Shown here: positions 30,201 to 39,193 of the stretch, one piece after another
How positions within the stretch are numbered: position 1 is the first letter of the stretch
How the letters are laid out: every line of letters begins with the position of its first letter
Sequence record: KJ019142.1
Strand: one strand, 5' to 3'
DNA length: 64,000 nt
Made by a program: the position numbers and the translations under genes
Notes under the pieces: generated by a model
Told to the model about the DNA's origin: nothing
The model's database searches: none
Seen by the model: the letters and a program-made list of their open reading frames with translations, nothing else

Positions 30201-33180
30201 AGTTCAGTCTCCAACAACCTTCACTATCAATGTAGGTTCTCAGGCAGATATCCCACACACATATGTGAATGGTGGAACTGTAAGACCAGGTAACAAGTTT
30301 GATGTGGCAACCGCAACCTACAATACTGAAAATGGTATTGTTAGAGTTACTACCACTGAAGATAACTACTTGGTTCTTGGTAGAGGAGTTAACCTACAGG
30401 GTCTAAACTTCTCCTGTACCTCTGGTGGTCCTAACAACAAACCTGGAACACTAACCTTCCCCGACAAAACACCAACCAATGTAACCGCCGCCACATATGA
30501 TAGTGTGACTGGTGTATTACGTATCACAACCAACAGACCTCACCAAGCATACAAGGACGCGTTTGTATCCCTAAACGGACTAACCTTCACTTGTGATCCA
30601 GGTGGTCCTCTAGTATTCCCTAGAAACCCTGATACTAAGTCCTTCAGAGTTACTAAGAGAGTTGATGACTACACATATGAGTGTCAGTTGGCACCGACCA
30701 ATAAGGTTCATACTTATCTAAGTGGTGGTACTTCCTCCACAGGAAACGGAAACTTCAGAGTTTCTCGTCTCATTGATACAAAGACCTTCGAAGTCACAAT
30801 GGTTCCTCTAGATCTACCACATACCTATGTAAATGGTGGTTCCGCCGCTAGTGTATTCACTAGACAGATCATTGATGGAATCAACATCAACACTAGGAAG
30901 TGTGCTAGAGACGTTAGACGTATCTACCTCGCAGTGGCACACGATATCACTCGTGGTGGTAACTGGAAGTGTGTTGAAGGAGCGAAACTCTACTACGATA
31001 ACGTGGGTCAAACCAAGTTTATCTCTGGTGGTGAAGTAAATCAAACCGTTGAGGCACTTGACTTCTCCCTAAACATTGTTAGATGTTTAATCAACAACGT
31101 AACATGGGGTGGAGTTCCAAGAGGATATCTCACTAAGGGTGAGAGAAGTGAACTAAGAATTCCATCTTCAGCTAAGACTTCAGTGGTTGGTTTCAGACAA
31201 CAACTACTTTCCAACCAATACACTACTCAGAAGAAGAGTATTTCTGGTATGGTATACGATAACCTTACGGGTATCGCAACCGTCACCACTAAACTCTCAC
31301 ATGAACTCATCAAGTATGATGGTATTCAACTCTCAGATATTGAGATGAGATGTACTGGTAGTCCAAGGATTACCACCAATGTATTCCCTGATGGAACACA
31401 AGGTGAGATCTTTGAGGTTATGGAAACTCTAGATGATAGAGTAGCATACATCGTAACTGACGCGTCATACACCAACACCACTGGTAAGTTGGTAGTAACA
31501 ACAACAGGAAACAATGATATTCCTGTTGGATCAAGAGCAAAACTAGATGGTTTACTCTGGACTTGTTCATACGATCCTTCAAAACAACTTAAGTTCCCAG
31601 AGAACAGGAAGTTCCGTTATGAGGTTATCGCAAAACCAGATGGTACAACACTAGAGTTCAATGTTGGTATCTCTACGATTCCACACACATTTGTTCCAGC
31701 TCCTATAGATGTTGAATACACAGTCAAGGAGGATCCAGTTAAGTTTAAGGTTCATGTTGGTACAGTTTCCTTCCCACACACCTACTTCGGTGGTGGAACA
31801 GTATGGCACAAACTACCATTCACTCCACCTTTCACCCAAACACAGATCAAGGACGTATCACAACAGAAAGATCCAGTCCAGTTCTCTAACAATACTCCTA
31901 ACGGATGTGCTAATGTATTCTCCGCTATCAGTAATTGTATTGGTGTTGTTACTAGTATCGTAGCAAATGGATTAGAAGGATCAGGTATCTCCACAACTTA
32001 TCCAGGTAATGATGGTAAAGGTGTTCCAACTATGGATGAGATGCCTTCACAGGGTGTTGGTAACATTATCAAAGGTCCATACATCAGAAACTGTACGAAC
32101 TTCGTTCCCAAGTCTATTGGTATGAGAATGGATGGTTTCGACGCGGAACCTGGTGATGAAATCTCCAATGGTGTTCAAGGTTCATCTAACGTTGACTCCT
32201 TCACCCAGTTCAACCCTGGTGGTGTTGGTTGTTCCATCTCTAACGGAACCTACCAACAGTTGGTTTCTATCTTCACTATCTGTTGTGACGAAGCAATCGT
32301 ATGTGACTCTGGAGCACAACTCGACCTCACTAACTCCAACTCTTCCTTCGGTAGATTGGGTCTAGTCGCAAGAGGTATTGGTGACAAACTCTCCAAGTGT
32401 ATCGATAGATATACTGGTATCGTCGCCAAAGAGGCATCAATCGAAGATGACCTAGTTGTTGTGAAGGGTATTGGTGATAAGAGACCCTACGATGGTCAGG
32501 GTATTTTCTTCGGAGAACTCTTCAGGGATGTGGTTAGTATCGAAGTTCTGGACGGTGGTTCAGGTTACAACGATGATATTCCACCTAACGCGTTTGTCGC
32601 AGAACCTACTGGTCCCGCTGGTATTAAGGCGGAAGTTTCACCAACAGTCAGAGATGGTGTTGTTGTTTCTATCGAGGTTATCGCAAATGGTAACCAATAC
32701 AGAGAGAAATTCCCTGAGGTTGTAATATCACCTCCTAAGAGTCCTCTTGGTAGAACCGCAAAAGCAAGGGCAATTACCGAACCTCTCTACTATAATGTAG
32801 AAAGTTCTTCCCCACCTGAAGAGGGTACAACTAGTATCATTTTCAAACAGCGTCTAAATAATACCGTATCGGTAGGCACAACTGTATTCTTCTCTAGATT
32901 AAGTCTACAGATTGCCTCCTCTCACTCCTTCGAATACATTGGTGCTGGTAACAGCATTAACGGAGCAAGACCTTCTGAAGGTGGAGTTCCAATTAAGGAA
33001 AATGAGATCGTGAAGGAAGACGGTGGTTCAATTGTCTATACCTCCACTGACCAGGCAGGTAACTTTAACATTGGTGACGATTTCGTTATCAACCAGTTCA
33101 CTGGTACTATCACTGGTAGATCGTTCGATCAATCAGTCCTAAATAAAGTTACTCCACTCATCATCGCCCTAGACAGTTAA
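21277..33180 (+). CDS. giant virion structural/fibre-like protein with nested beta-domain repeats (3967 aa)
   Basis: N-terminal KIKFKRS...LGELGINYNDGKLF fibre-type module, FVSTKGNDNNSG, about 31 repeats, helical repeats; late promoter. Confidence 0.85.
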   Translation: MISTATKIKFKRSGVAGRRPSLADLQLGELGINYNDGKLFFRQENEVVGSRIIEPGQGDVIGKTIFVSTKGNDNNSGLNERDAKRTVKAAAAVAEPGDSIKLYPGQYIEDNPIVFKDRVSVEGMELRNVLVTPANPSKDLYQVGEAFHATNHSFVSNRDSTDGASIITYRPLEGTASDRYFDAARLIRDNLSFIANETVGFLTSGYSGFAAGQRSQDAARALELNKNFIVEEAFQYINSPDYTGATYFNPDPAQCKRDLGNIIDGWRYDLISDGNTRSTGLGLTYYAPIPFVNSANVADLVYNRNNGDVLIETDVDTQVSVGEKIKLQDIRLECGSYNNDFFITGFKYDNTSGIGTVNLPFIHNVKVGDLVKFDGLEFDCPAYGAIEYGIQDFKYNETTGGSVVTLTEDHDLKIGDTIELRDLQFDCPAYGGDFTNIINLEYNKTSGQGVITYDKPADLKSGDVVILYDLTLTCDAYGNAISVTDFSYDNFTGITEVEVNRPHNLRPGDLIKLENLKFSCDSYLNETYKVSNFVYNESTGDSVLTLTEPHSLVAGKNVRLADLVFSCNSYVPTAKAISDFQYDEVVGISTITLASPHNLSVGEQFRLEDLVFSCNSYSFTDIPIIDAPYDNVTGYVTLSFSGDHGQQVGERVRLRDIEYSCPGGSGITTTLFPDGTFGYEFEILSVPNTKKMILNVGTSTIEHSYVSGGTATVGITTTIFPDGTQGFDFNVSSVNSSTVIEASVGISTIAHNYVSGGSLFVGFTTTVFPDGTQGDTFRVNSIPSSTQISVNVGVSSIAHTFVSGGTATDLDSFIPVSGFTYNEGDGTGLVSLDKAHNLVVGDSFVLEDLKFNCNSYRTGGTSTIDITNFEYDKVTGLSTVTLSSSHNLHVNDTVALYDIKFSCPGGSGITTNIFPDGTRDNFYDVVADLNPNQIIVRVGKSDITHTYASGGSLSVGITTNIFPDGTRPSGDFFQVISVPSTKSVLTQVGLSSIAHSYASGGKFYTGITTNVFPQVFTDPNIKVTNAVYDEVSGVITITTNKAHGLTATAPVLLQDLNFSCLSGGVGNTPGNLVFPRNQEVYDVVSVLSTTQYTINVGPSDFAHAYVDGGTSTTQNITKASYNKGTGDLTVTLDKQHGYSVGDRASVVDLLFSCQSGGPNNQPGTLLFPRPTDEYEVLSASGKTLTVNVGAFPSLVHTYKNGGSLTYSSTVLPVSNAVYDQSTGVLTLTTSIALGAPVGSTIKMQGLNFSCASGGPGNDAGAIVFPRLDTPTFKVKEVKSGVSYVINVGTSTLSHTYTSGGFSSLKKLKNDPNIFKVIDTPTPSKVITNVGVSSIAHDYVSGGNMFVGITTNVFPDGTRPDGSRFEVISALSPNQALINIGVSTITHNYDSGGRMQYGTTNERPVLDFLYDGQTGISTVTIRGTHGLNQGDLVKLRGLEFACTNSPGITTTIFPDGTAAGLNIYKVTEIISNSTFKTNVGRVGFDHTYIQGGSAFVGITTNIFPDGTQGYNYTVAAIPNKNQVTVDVGISSIQHDYIRGGSLFSGKTNERDIADFKYDHISGDAVLTFRKAQNLFTQDLVKLKNLQFDCPNSTGITTTLFPDGTRSNLFLIKERLNPTQFKLNVGTSPFGHDYVRGTGQAFVGITTNIFPDTKTQPSKLFKVVDVPTPTTISAKIGVSTISHSYVKGGKVFVGINTDIFPGDEQVSPLGDTYTVQSITKDGELVINVGLSSISHSYGGGGKVLYGQSSGNNLQHITGPGVLDATIAAVDFEKQVAINALNNRPWGSFVPEETAVVEAFAYDNQTGFGTVTARGINVNTGDTIRMSDIQFVCSEEYAGVTTTFFPDNTRPEGQYFRVERRINIDEFEVNIGVSTIKHVFNYETGGNVYRYRQSILDVNYDRSSGITSIRATKHGYKAKDIVELGDIEFDCPVFKPQYDIENFVYDNTTGLSTVTTTVDNTIKVGDNVKLADIKLECPPYGNQRVIDNFVYDNKSGLSTISLTAAHGLNLRPRPSVSISTALYDNQTGILTVTTNADINFTDRSGQGVQLSGLRFSCDSAGFPGTLTYPEENLVYDILEIQSPSKFKINVGLSTIAHEYVNGGAATKVDRFDVKLQGIKFDCPAYGNTIDVTNFLYDQRSGNSLVTVDKAHKLSVGDNIKLADLKFQCAPYGNDYNVLNADYDNTTGIITVTTNQNINGVGVGDTIRLSRLQFDCVGSGPEYNITNVFFNTGNRSVILTVPERPIGLNPGDDIKLTNMSYLEGGSGNVVAYPDGRDSSLNIFRINDVQPNSILPGYFDVTTAFPNVKDPFAIFNNTGRLTTGITTNIYPENVGAEGGFYEVIRLRQDNQFEIQVGTSTITHNYVRQGQMFTGVTTNFFPGNLQNSPRGNIFEIVEVPTATQVRINVGVSSISHSYDSGGQMFVGITTNIFPDGTRGNLFPVVGVANTLTLRIDAGVSSIPHNYVSGGELFVGITTNIFPGNSQNSPRGSIFKVLSKDNECGADRFTINVGVSSITHGYVEGGTVTTGVTTNKFPDGTHGFKFPVIDVLDDNYFTVNVGTSTITHNYISGGFTRRLEVPINSFVYDRVSGLSTVGIQSHRMNIGDLVKLRDVKFNCDPYGGEKTISGVVYDNTSGRMTVNTTGSHSLNINDVVKLSNIQLDCSPYGNERTITAATYNRNNGNLSVQVSEPHNLKISENVKLKGLEFSCSSEHAGVTTTIFPDSTAPSLNIYAIESITNSTTFMVNVGTSTISHNYVSGGSAFVGITTNIFPGDSQNSPRGSFLSVVDIPASDAFVVNVGVSTISHGYVRGGLVQTGITTDVFPDGTQSDFFKIEDVPSNNTVVINAGISSIIHRYNSGGFAAKYVTYQSNNSQLLDSSVIRVSGDCMAVGERVEELAGIVTSIIKNGPSIAPGGIPVDVVSASYDQSGGALSVTVKDAIDLTPTNIVRIEGLIFECESSGVTNTRVYPDNKVFNYEVLSVQSPTTFTINVGSQADIPHTYVNGGTVRPGNKFDVATATYNTENGIVRVTTTEDNYLVLGRGVNLQGLNFSCTSGGPNNKPGTLTFPDKTPTNVTAATYDSVTGVLRITTNRPHQAYKDAFVSLNGLTFTCDPGGPLVFPRNPDTKSFRVTKRVDDYTYECQLAPTNKVHTYLSGGTSSTGNGNFRVSRLIDTKTFEVTMVPLDLPHTYVNGGSAASVFTRQIIDGININTRKCARDVRRIYLAVAHDITRGGNWKCVEGAKLYYDNVGQTKFISGGEVNQTVEALDFSLNIVRCLINNVTWGGVPRGYLTKGERSELRIPSSAKTSVVGFRQQLLSNQYTTQKKSISGMVYDNLTGIATVTTKLSHELIKYDGIQLSDIEMRCTGSPRITTNVFPDGTQGEIFEVMETLDDRVAYIVTDASYTNTTGKLVVTTTGNNDIPVGSRAKLDGLLWTCSYDPSKQLKFPENRKFRYEVIAKPDGTTLEFNVGISTIPHTFVPAPIDVEYTVKEDPVKFKVHVGTVSFPHTYFGGGTVWHKLPFTPPFTQTQIKDVSQQKDPVQFSNNTPNGCANVFSAISNCIGVVTSIVANGLEGSGISTTYPGNDGKGVPTMDEMPSQGVGNIIKGPYIRNCTNFVPKSIGMRMDGFDAEPGDEISNGVQGSSNVDSFTQFNPGGVGCSISNGTYQQLVSIFTICCDEAIVCDSGAQLDLTNSNSSFGRLGLVARGIGDKLSKCIDRYTGIVAKEASIEDDLVVVKGIGDKRPYDGQGIFFGELFRDVVSIEVLDGGSGYNDDIPPNAFVAEPTGPAGIKAEVSPTVRDGVVVSIEVIANGNQYREKFPEVVISPPKSPLGRTAKARAITEPLYYNVESSSPPEEGTTSIIFKQRLNNTVSVGTTVFFSRLSLQIASSHSFEYIGAGNSINGARPSEGGVPIKENEIVKEDGGSIVYTSTDQAGNFNIGDDFVINQFTGTITGRSFDQSVLNKVTPLIIALDS

Positions 33181-33184
33181 GATC

Positions 33185-33535
33185 ATGGCAGCAGTTGCTT
33201 TAAATACGTTCAAAACGGTCAGGCATTTAGTTTCTGATTCCAATGTGGGGATTTATACATCCCCCATTGGTGTTGCCTCTATTGTCCTATACGCTCAGGC
33301 GACACACGTTGCGAACGATGAAAGTGTATATTTCATTAACTTTTCACATGCTCGTCCCGACGAGGATCCTGTGCAGTTTGAAATCATTAAGGATGGTCCA
33401 GTTATCCCTAATGACGCACTAAACCTATTAACAGGTAGATTAGTTCTCGAAACTGGAGACGAACTTAGAGTATCAGGAAATACGACCGGAGATGTGAAGG
33501 TTGTTGTTTCTATTCTAGAGACTGCAAAGTCTTAA
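33185..33535 (+). CDS. small structural-cluster protein
   Basis: 116 aa, beta-rich, between giant genes. Confidence 0.7.
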   Translation: MAAVALNTFKTVRHLVSDSNVGIYTSPIGVASIVLYAQATHVANDESVYFINFSHARPDEDPVQFEIIKDGPVIPNDALNLLTGRLVLETGDELRVSGNTTGDVKVVVSILETAKS

Positions 33536-33567
33536 TAGCATAACACACACACCCAAAGCGTAGACCA

Positions 33568-36500
33568 ATGCCTCTAAATTATCTTACCGGAAGAGTAAGT
33601 AGATTACAAGTTGGATTTCCAGGGTTTTCAACAGCAAAGGACCTTACAGTTGATGTAGCAGGTGCCATTGGTATTGATACCCAAAACCCAAGAGCAGCTG
33701 CCGACTTCCCAGATGTCAGTATCCGTGGTGATATTGTTGACTCTGTTGGATTTACCGGTGGTATTGGGTATTTTCTAGCGCAAGATGTTCAGGGTGTTCG
33801 GTGGGTAGAGGCTCCACCTATCAACTCTAATGCCATCTTAGTGTTAGACAATGGAGTTATCGTTGGTGCTGGATCATTCATTGGTCTAAACTTTGACTCT
33901 GGTAAGGATGAGGACTTCCTCTCGGTTGTTCCTGACCCACTAAACCCACAGATTGCAAAGATTGCATATGATGTTCGTTGGGTAAGATATAATTACGGTA
34001 ATAATAAAGGTATCTCCACAGGTTTTGGAGATAATGGTGACTACTCCTCTATCCCTGGTTATGGAACCACAGAGGCAGTTGGTGTTACCTCAGTTGGTAT
34101 TGGTACTAACCAACCACTAGATGACTTCCAAGTTGGTATTGGATCTACTGGTGTTACTATCAACGGACCTCTAGGTCTAGTTGATGCAGAAATTATTAAA
34201 GCAAAATCAATCTCGGTTGAAGGAAACCTAGAGGTTGAATCACTTATTGTTAGACCTGGTGTTGCCACTCTAACCACTCTAGATGTATTGAACGAGGCGT
34301 TCATACCAGTAGAGTATGTTGGTTTCTCCAGCATTCAAGATGCAAATATTGATGCTCTCTTTGCTAATCAGTTACTAGCAGGTATTACTACCCTAGGTTT
34401 CGGTGGTGAAGATGTATTCATCCTCAACGACTTATATGTTCAGGGTGGTTTAGGTACCTTCGATGGCGACGTATTCGTTGGTGGAGACCTAACTGTTAAG
34501 GGTGAGACGTTCTTCAACCAGATTAACGCAGTCAACTTATCAGTATCTGGTATTGCCACTATCGTCCAAGCGGAGATAGCTGTTGGTTTAGTTACCGATC
34601 TAAAAGTATCTGGTTTCTCTACACTATCAGATTTCTCATTCAACATTGGTGTTGGTACATACCTAGAACTAGAAGATCTAGATGTATCTGGTGTTGGTAG
34701 TTTTGGTGTTGTCAACTCTGGTGATATTAATGTTAGTGGTGGTTTAACCGCTAGTGAGATTGATGCAGATAAGGGATACATTGGTATTCTCACAGCAGAC
34801 TCTATTGTATCTGGTGCAGGTACTATTGGTTCTATCGAGTCTGATGGGAACCTAACAACACTTAATGATATTATTGTTGGTGGTGCTTCAACCTTCGTTG
34901 GTTTGGGTACTTTCCAAGACGATCTCTTTGTTGGTGGTGACCTCTTTGTTAGAGGTGATGTTACCTTTAAGAATATTAATGGTGAACAACTACTAATCAG
35001 TGGTATTGGTACCATCAAGGAACTAGTCTTTGATAGTGGTATTGGAACCTCACTAGAAGTGAGAGATCAGATTACGACTGGTATATCTACGATCAATGAA
35101 GCAGATATTCAAGATGCCGCTGTTGAGAGACTCACTGTTGGTGATGCAGAGATCATCGGTATCGCAACTATTACCGAGATTGATGTAGATAGAGGTAGAG
35201 TTGGTATCCTAACTGGTACAGACCTCTCCTATGCTGGTATCGGTACTATCACGGAGATTGATGTTGACCAGGGTAGAGTTGGTCTAGTCACTGGTGACAC
35301 ACTACTATACTACGAACAGTCTAGGATCAATAGAGTTACCTTCTTTGATAACTACCTATCAGTTAATCAGAGTCTAAGAGTTTCTGGTCTCTCCACCTTT
35401 GTTGGAACAGGTACATTCTTCAATGACTTGTATGTTGGTGGTGACCTATATGTTGCTGGTGAACTAAACTTCAAACAACTCAATGGTGAGAACCTATACC
35501 TAACTGGTGTTGGTACCATCTATGATCTACGTAACACCGTTGGTTTCATCACCAACCTATTTGTAGAAGAGTCTGTAACTGGTTTAGCAACCATCAGTAG
35601 TCTAGTTGGTTCTTCCGCTACCATCACAGACTTCACTGGACAGTCACTACTCATCCAGAATCCATTCAACCCAATGCCTTTGGATCCAACTGGGATCCCA
35701 GGACAGGGTGTTATTGATAGTCTCCTAGTTAGAAACCTAACTTCTTCTAACAACATTCTAGCCAATGACATTGATGCCAACTTCGTTGACACCGATGATC
35801 TAAAGGCTGGTGTTGGTACTATCACTGACCTAGAGTGGACTACCGCTGTTGGTGATGACACTACTACCAATACTCTACAGGTTACTGATACAGCAACCAT
35901 TAACATCATCGATGCCAATCAGATCGATGCCGAAGATGCTAATATTGGAGTTGCCACCCTCTCTAGTCTCCTAGTAACTGGTGTCACTACCTTCAAGGGT
36001 CAGGTTGATATTGAGGATATTGAGTTCGTTGACCAGAGTGTCACCGGTATTTCCTCTATCAACATCCTCAAGTTCAATGTTGGTTATGGAACCTACCTAG
36101 AGGTTACTGACTCAGTAACTGGTGTTGGAACTATTGGTCTTGCCAGTATCACAACCGCTCAGGTATCTTTCCTAGATGTAAGAGATGAGGTAGTTGGGGC
36201 ATCCACTATTGGTGTTCTATCAGTAACTGAAGGATTTGCAGTATCTGGTTTCTCCACCTTTGTTGGTTTCACTACCTATAAAGGAGATGTATTTGTTGAT
36301 GGTAACTTAACTGTTACTGGTTTCGTTAGTTTCACACAACTAAACGCTGATCAATCACAGATTGGTATCCTAACTGTATTCGATGCGTTAGACGCCAGAA
36401 CTGGTGTTGGTACATTCAAACACCTAGAGACAGTAGATAGTGCAGTTCTATCGGGTGTATCTACCATTGGACTCACAACCTTCAAGAATGGTGATGTTAA

Positions 36501-39174
36501 TATCAACCGCAACTTAACAGTTGGTGGTATCACTACCTTCATTGGTAATGTTTTCATTGAAGATACTGAGTTTGTAGAACTAAGTGTTACCAATCAGGCT
36601 AACATTAACAAACTATTTGTAAACTCTGGTGTTGCAACTCAGTTCAGTATCGGTGTTGCCACTATCACCCAGTCACTAACAGGTATCGCCACTATTGGTG
36701 ACCTCAATGTAACTGGTCTTTCTACCTTCGTTGGTCTCGCTACCTTCAAGGGTGACGTTAGTATTGATAGTTACCTAGAAGTATCTAAGGATGTTGTAGT
36801 TGGTTCAGCACTAACAGTTCCTAACCTCACATTTACTGATGGTGATGGACAGTTCCTCAATATTCAGGAAGAGGTTGTTGGTGTATCCACTATTGGTTTC
36901 GCTAGTATTACAGATGAGATAGTAGGAACTTCCACTATCTTTAGATCCAATATTCGTGACCTAGCAGTATCCGGTCTCTCCACCTTTATTGGTGATGTGT
37001 TGATGGGTTCCAACCTAGATGTGGTTGGTGATATATCTGGAACTAATATATCAATTGCACAATCAGTAACTTCTGACACCCTATTCACTAGGTTTGCTGA
37101 TATTGAGGGATCCAATACTGGTGTTGCTACTATTGGTTTCGCCACTATAACCGAACTCTTCACTGAGGATCTAACGGTTGTAGGAACCTCCACCTTCGTT
37201 GGTTTCACAACGATGACGGGAGACCTAAACATTGAGGGTAACCTTAATGTAACTGGTGTTGTTACCTTCCAACAGTTAGACGCAACTCAGTCACAGATTG
37301 GTATCCTAACGGTATTCAACTACCTAGACAACCAAGGAGACCTAAGAGTAGTTGGTTTCTCCACACTCGGTGACTTCTCAGCCAACTCCGGTATCCTTAC
37401 CAGTATTGAATCTGGTGAGATTGATGTAACCGGTGATGTTTCTATCGGTGGAACACTAGGTGTTGCTGGTGAAGTTGGTTTCTCTAGTAACTTCTATACC
37501 GTTGGTATTACTACCCTCGCTTCTGGAACTGGTATTGTTACTACTGGTGGTGACCTCTATGTTGGTGGTAACCTATTCGTATATAACGATATTGTATATG
37601 ATGAAATCATTGGTCGTAACCTAGACATTAGTGGTATTGGTACTATCGCAGACCTCAGAGTAGGTCTTGGTAGTATCGCAGACCTTAGAGGTACAACACT
37701 CAGGTATCAGACTGGTATTATTACTTCACTCAGAGCAGAAGATTCTGAAGTTGGAAGACACATTGGTACCTCAGTTGTTGTAGAGAACATAACTGCTACT
37801 GGTCCTTCTACTTTCGTTGGTGTTGTTACTACTACTAACGAACTCTTTGTTGGAACTAACCTATTCGTAGGTAACAACGCAGATATCCAAGGTGATATCT
37901 TCGGTAGAAACCTAACACTCGAACTAAACGCCTCTGGTACTACACTAGACTTTGATTCAGGTCAGATCGATGACCTTATCTCACAGTATATACTCTCTGA
38001 TGACTTGTTTGTCACTGGTATTACTACTTCAGTTGCGGCACAAATCAACTTCCTGAATGTATCTGGTGTAACTACTTCACCTATCATTAACTCCACACTA
38101 CTAACCAACTCTGGTTTAGTTACAACTGGTAGTCTATATGTTCAGGGTCTAGCACAGGTAGAAACAACTCTACTTGTAGATGGTAACTCCATCTTCAATG
38201 GTCCAGCACTCTTCAATGATACAGTTACAGTCAATGACGACATTAATGTAACAGGTGATATCACCTTCAACGATATCAGTGGTATTAATGGTAACTTCGC
38301 TGGTATTGTTACCGCAACGAAACTCAAGTCTAACTTCCTAGAGGTTAATGGTCAAACAGCCATTACTGGTTTAGCAACCTTCTTCAGTGGATTGAATGTA
38401 AGAGGTGGTCCTCTAGTAGTAGATAATCAGATCTTCGCTAACTCTGGTTTCGTTACTACCATTCAGGGTACTGACTTAACATATACTGATGGTATTTTCT
38501 TAGGTGATCTACAGGTCAATAAGGATACAACCATCAACCAGAACCTAAGAGTTGTTGGTATCACTACCTCAACCAACTTAGATGTATCAGCACAAACTGA
38601 AACCTCACTACTAAGTGTAACGGGTGTAGGTACTATTCCAATCTTATACTCCACCAATGGTGAGTTTAAGACTTCACTCAAGACGGATCAACTCTTCTTT
38701 AATACTGGTTTAGGTACATACCTCAGTGTTACTGATCTAAATGTTGTTGGTGTTGCTACTATCCCAACACTAGACATTGAATTCCTAGAAGCTGACAGAG
38801 CTGAAATTGGTATTCTAACCGTCACAAATAGAACTGATATCAGTGATACTTCCAGTATCTTTAGTTACAGACTAACTACATCTGGATCAGCCACCAACGT
38901 AACTCTCTACGACTCCTCAGTTTATAGAAGTTTCGAGGCAAATATCCAAGTATCCACTGGTAGTAGTTTCCAATCTAGTAAGATGCATGGTTTGAGTGAT
39001 GATAACTCTACACCAAATGTACTCTTCAATGAAACTTCCTACCTCTCTAATGGTGGTGAGTTGGCTGAGTTTGATGTATCAGGTTCCGCTGGTAACAATG
39101 TTATCCTAACAGTTACTCCATATACAGTTGGAATTACAACCTATATACTTTCAGTAACCGCGGTAAGGGTCTAA
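33568..39174 (+). CDS. long fibre-like protein (1868 aa)
   Basis: Repeats SGxSTFVGxGTFxxDLxVGGDL; C-terminal YRSFEANIQV...FNETS domain. Confidence 0.8.
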   Translation: MPLNYLTGRVSRLQVGFPGFSTAKDLTVDVAGAIGIDTQNPRAAADFPDVSIRGDIVDSVGFTGGIGYFLAQDVQGVRWVEAPPINSNAILVLDNGVIVGAGSFIGLNFDSGKDEDFLSVVPDPLNPQIAKIAYDVRWVRYNYGNNKGISTGFGDNGDYSSIPGYGTTEAVGVTSVGIGTNQPLDDFQVGIGSTGVTINGPLGLVDAEIIKAKSISVEGNLEVESLIVRPGVATLTTLDVLNEAFIPVEYVGFSSIQDANIDALFANQLLAGITTLGFGGEDVFILNDLYVQGGLGTFDGDVFVGGDLTVKGETFFNQINAVNLSVSGIATIVQAEIAVGLVTDLKVSGFSTLSDFSFNIGVGTYLELEDLDVSGVGSFGVVNSGDINVSGGLTASEIDADKGYIGILTADSIVSGAGTIGSIESDGNLTTLNDIIVGGASTFVGLGTFQDDLFVGGDLFVRGDVTFKNINGEQLLISGIGTIKELVFDSGIGTSLEVRDQITTGISTINEADIQDAAVERLTVGDAEIIGIATITEIDVDRGRVGILTGTDLSYAGIGTITEIDVDQGRVGLVTGDTLLYYEQSRINRVTFFDNYLSVNQSLRVSGLSTFVGTGTFFNDLYVGGDLYVAGELNFKQLNGENLYLTGVGTIYDLRNTVGFITNLFVEESVTGLATISSLVGSSATITDFTGQSLLIQNPFNPMPLDPTGIPGQGVIDSLLVRNLTSSNNILANDIDANFVDTDDLKAGVGTITDLEWTTAVGDDTTTNTLQVTDTATINIIDANQIDAEDANIGVATLSSLLVTGVTTFKGQVDIEDIEFVDQSVTGISSINILKFNVGYGTYLEVTDSVTGVGTIGLASITTAQVSFLDVRDEVVGASTIGVLSVTEGFAVSGFSTFVGFTTYKGDVFVDGNLTVTGFVSFTQLNADQSQIGILTVFDALDARTGVGTFKHLETVDSAVLSGVSTIGLTTFKNGDVNINRNLTVGGITTFIGNVFIEDTEFVELSVTNQANINKLFVNSGVATQFSIGVATITQSLTGIATIGDLNVTGLSTFVGLATFKGDVSIDSYLEVSKDVVVGSALTVPNLTFTDGDGQFLNIQEEVVGVSTIGFASITDEIVGTSTIFRSNIRDLAVSGLSTFIGDVLMGSNLDVVGDISGTNISIAQSVTSDTLFTRFADIEGSNTGVATIGFATITELFTEDLTVVGTSTFVGFTTMTGDLNIEGNLNVTGVVTFQQLDATQSQIGILTVFNYLDNQGDLRVVGFSTLGDFSANSGILTSIESGEIDVTGDVSIGGTLGVAGEVGFSSNFYTVGITTLASGTGIVTTGGDLYVGGNLFVYNDIVYDEIIGRNLDISGIGTIADLRVGLGSIADLRGTTLRYQTGIITSLRAEDSEVGRHIGTSVVVENITATGPSTFVGVVTTTNELFVGTNLFVGNNADIQGDIFGRNLTLELNASGTTLDFDSGQIDDLISQYILSDDLFVTGITTSVAAQINFLNVSGVTTSPIINSTLLTNSGLVTTGSLYVQGLAQVETTLLVDGNSIFNGPALFNDTVTVNDDINVTGDITFNDISGINGNFAGIVTATKLKSNFLEVNGQTAITGLATFFSGLNVRGGPLVVDNQIFANSGFVTTIQGTDLTYTDGIFLGDLQVNKDTTINQNLRVVGITTSTNLDVSAQTETSLLSVTGVGTIPILYSTNGEFKTSLKTDQLFFNTGLGTYLSVTDLNVVGVATIPTLDIEFLEADRAEIGILTVTNRTDISDTSSIFSYRLTTSGSATNVTLYDSSVYRSFEANIQVSTGSSFQSSKMHGLSDDNSTPNVLFNETSYLSNGGELAEFDVSGSAGNNVILTVTPYTVGITTYILSVTAVRV

Positions 39175-39193
39175 AACACCTCTCCCACTCCCT

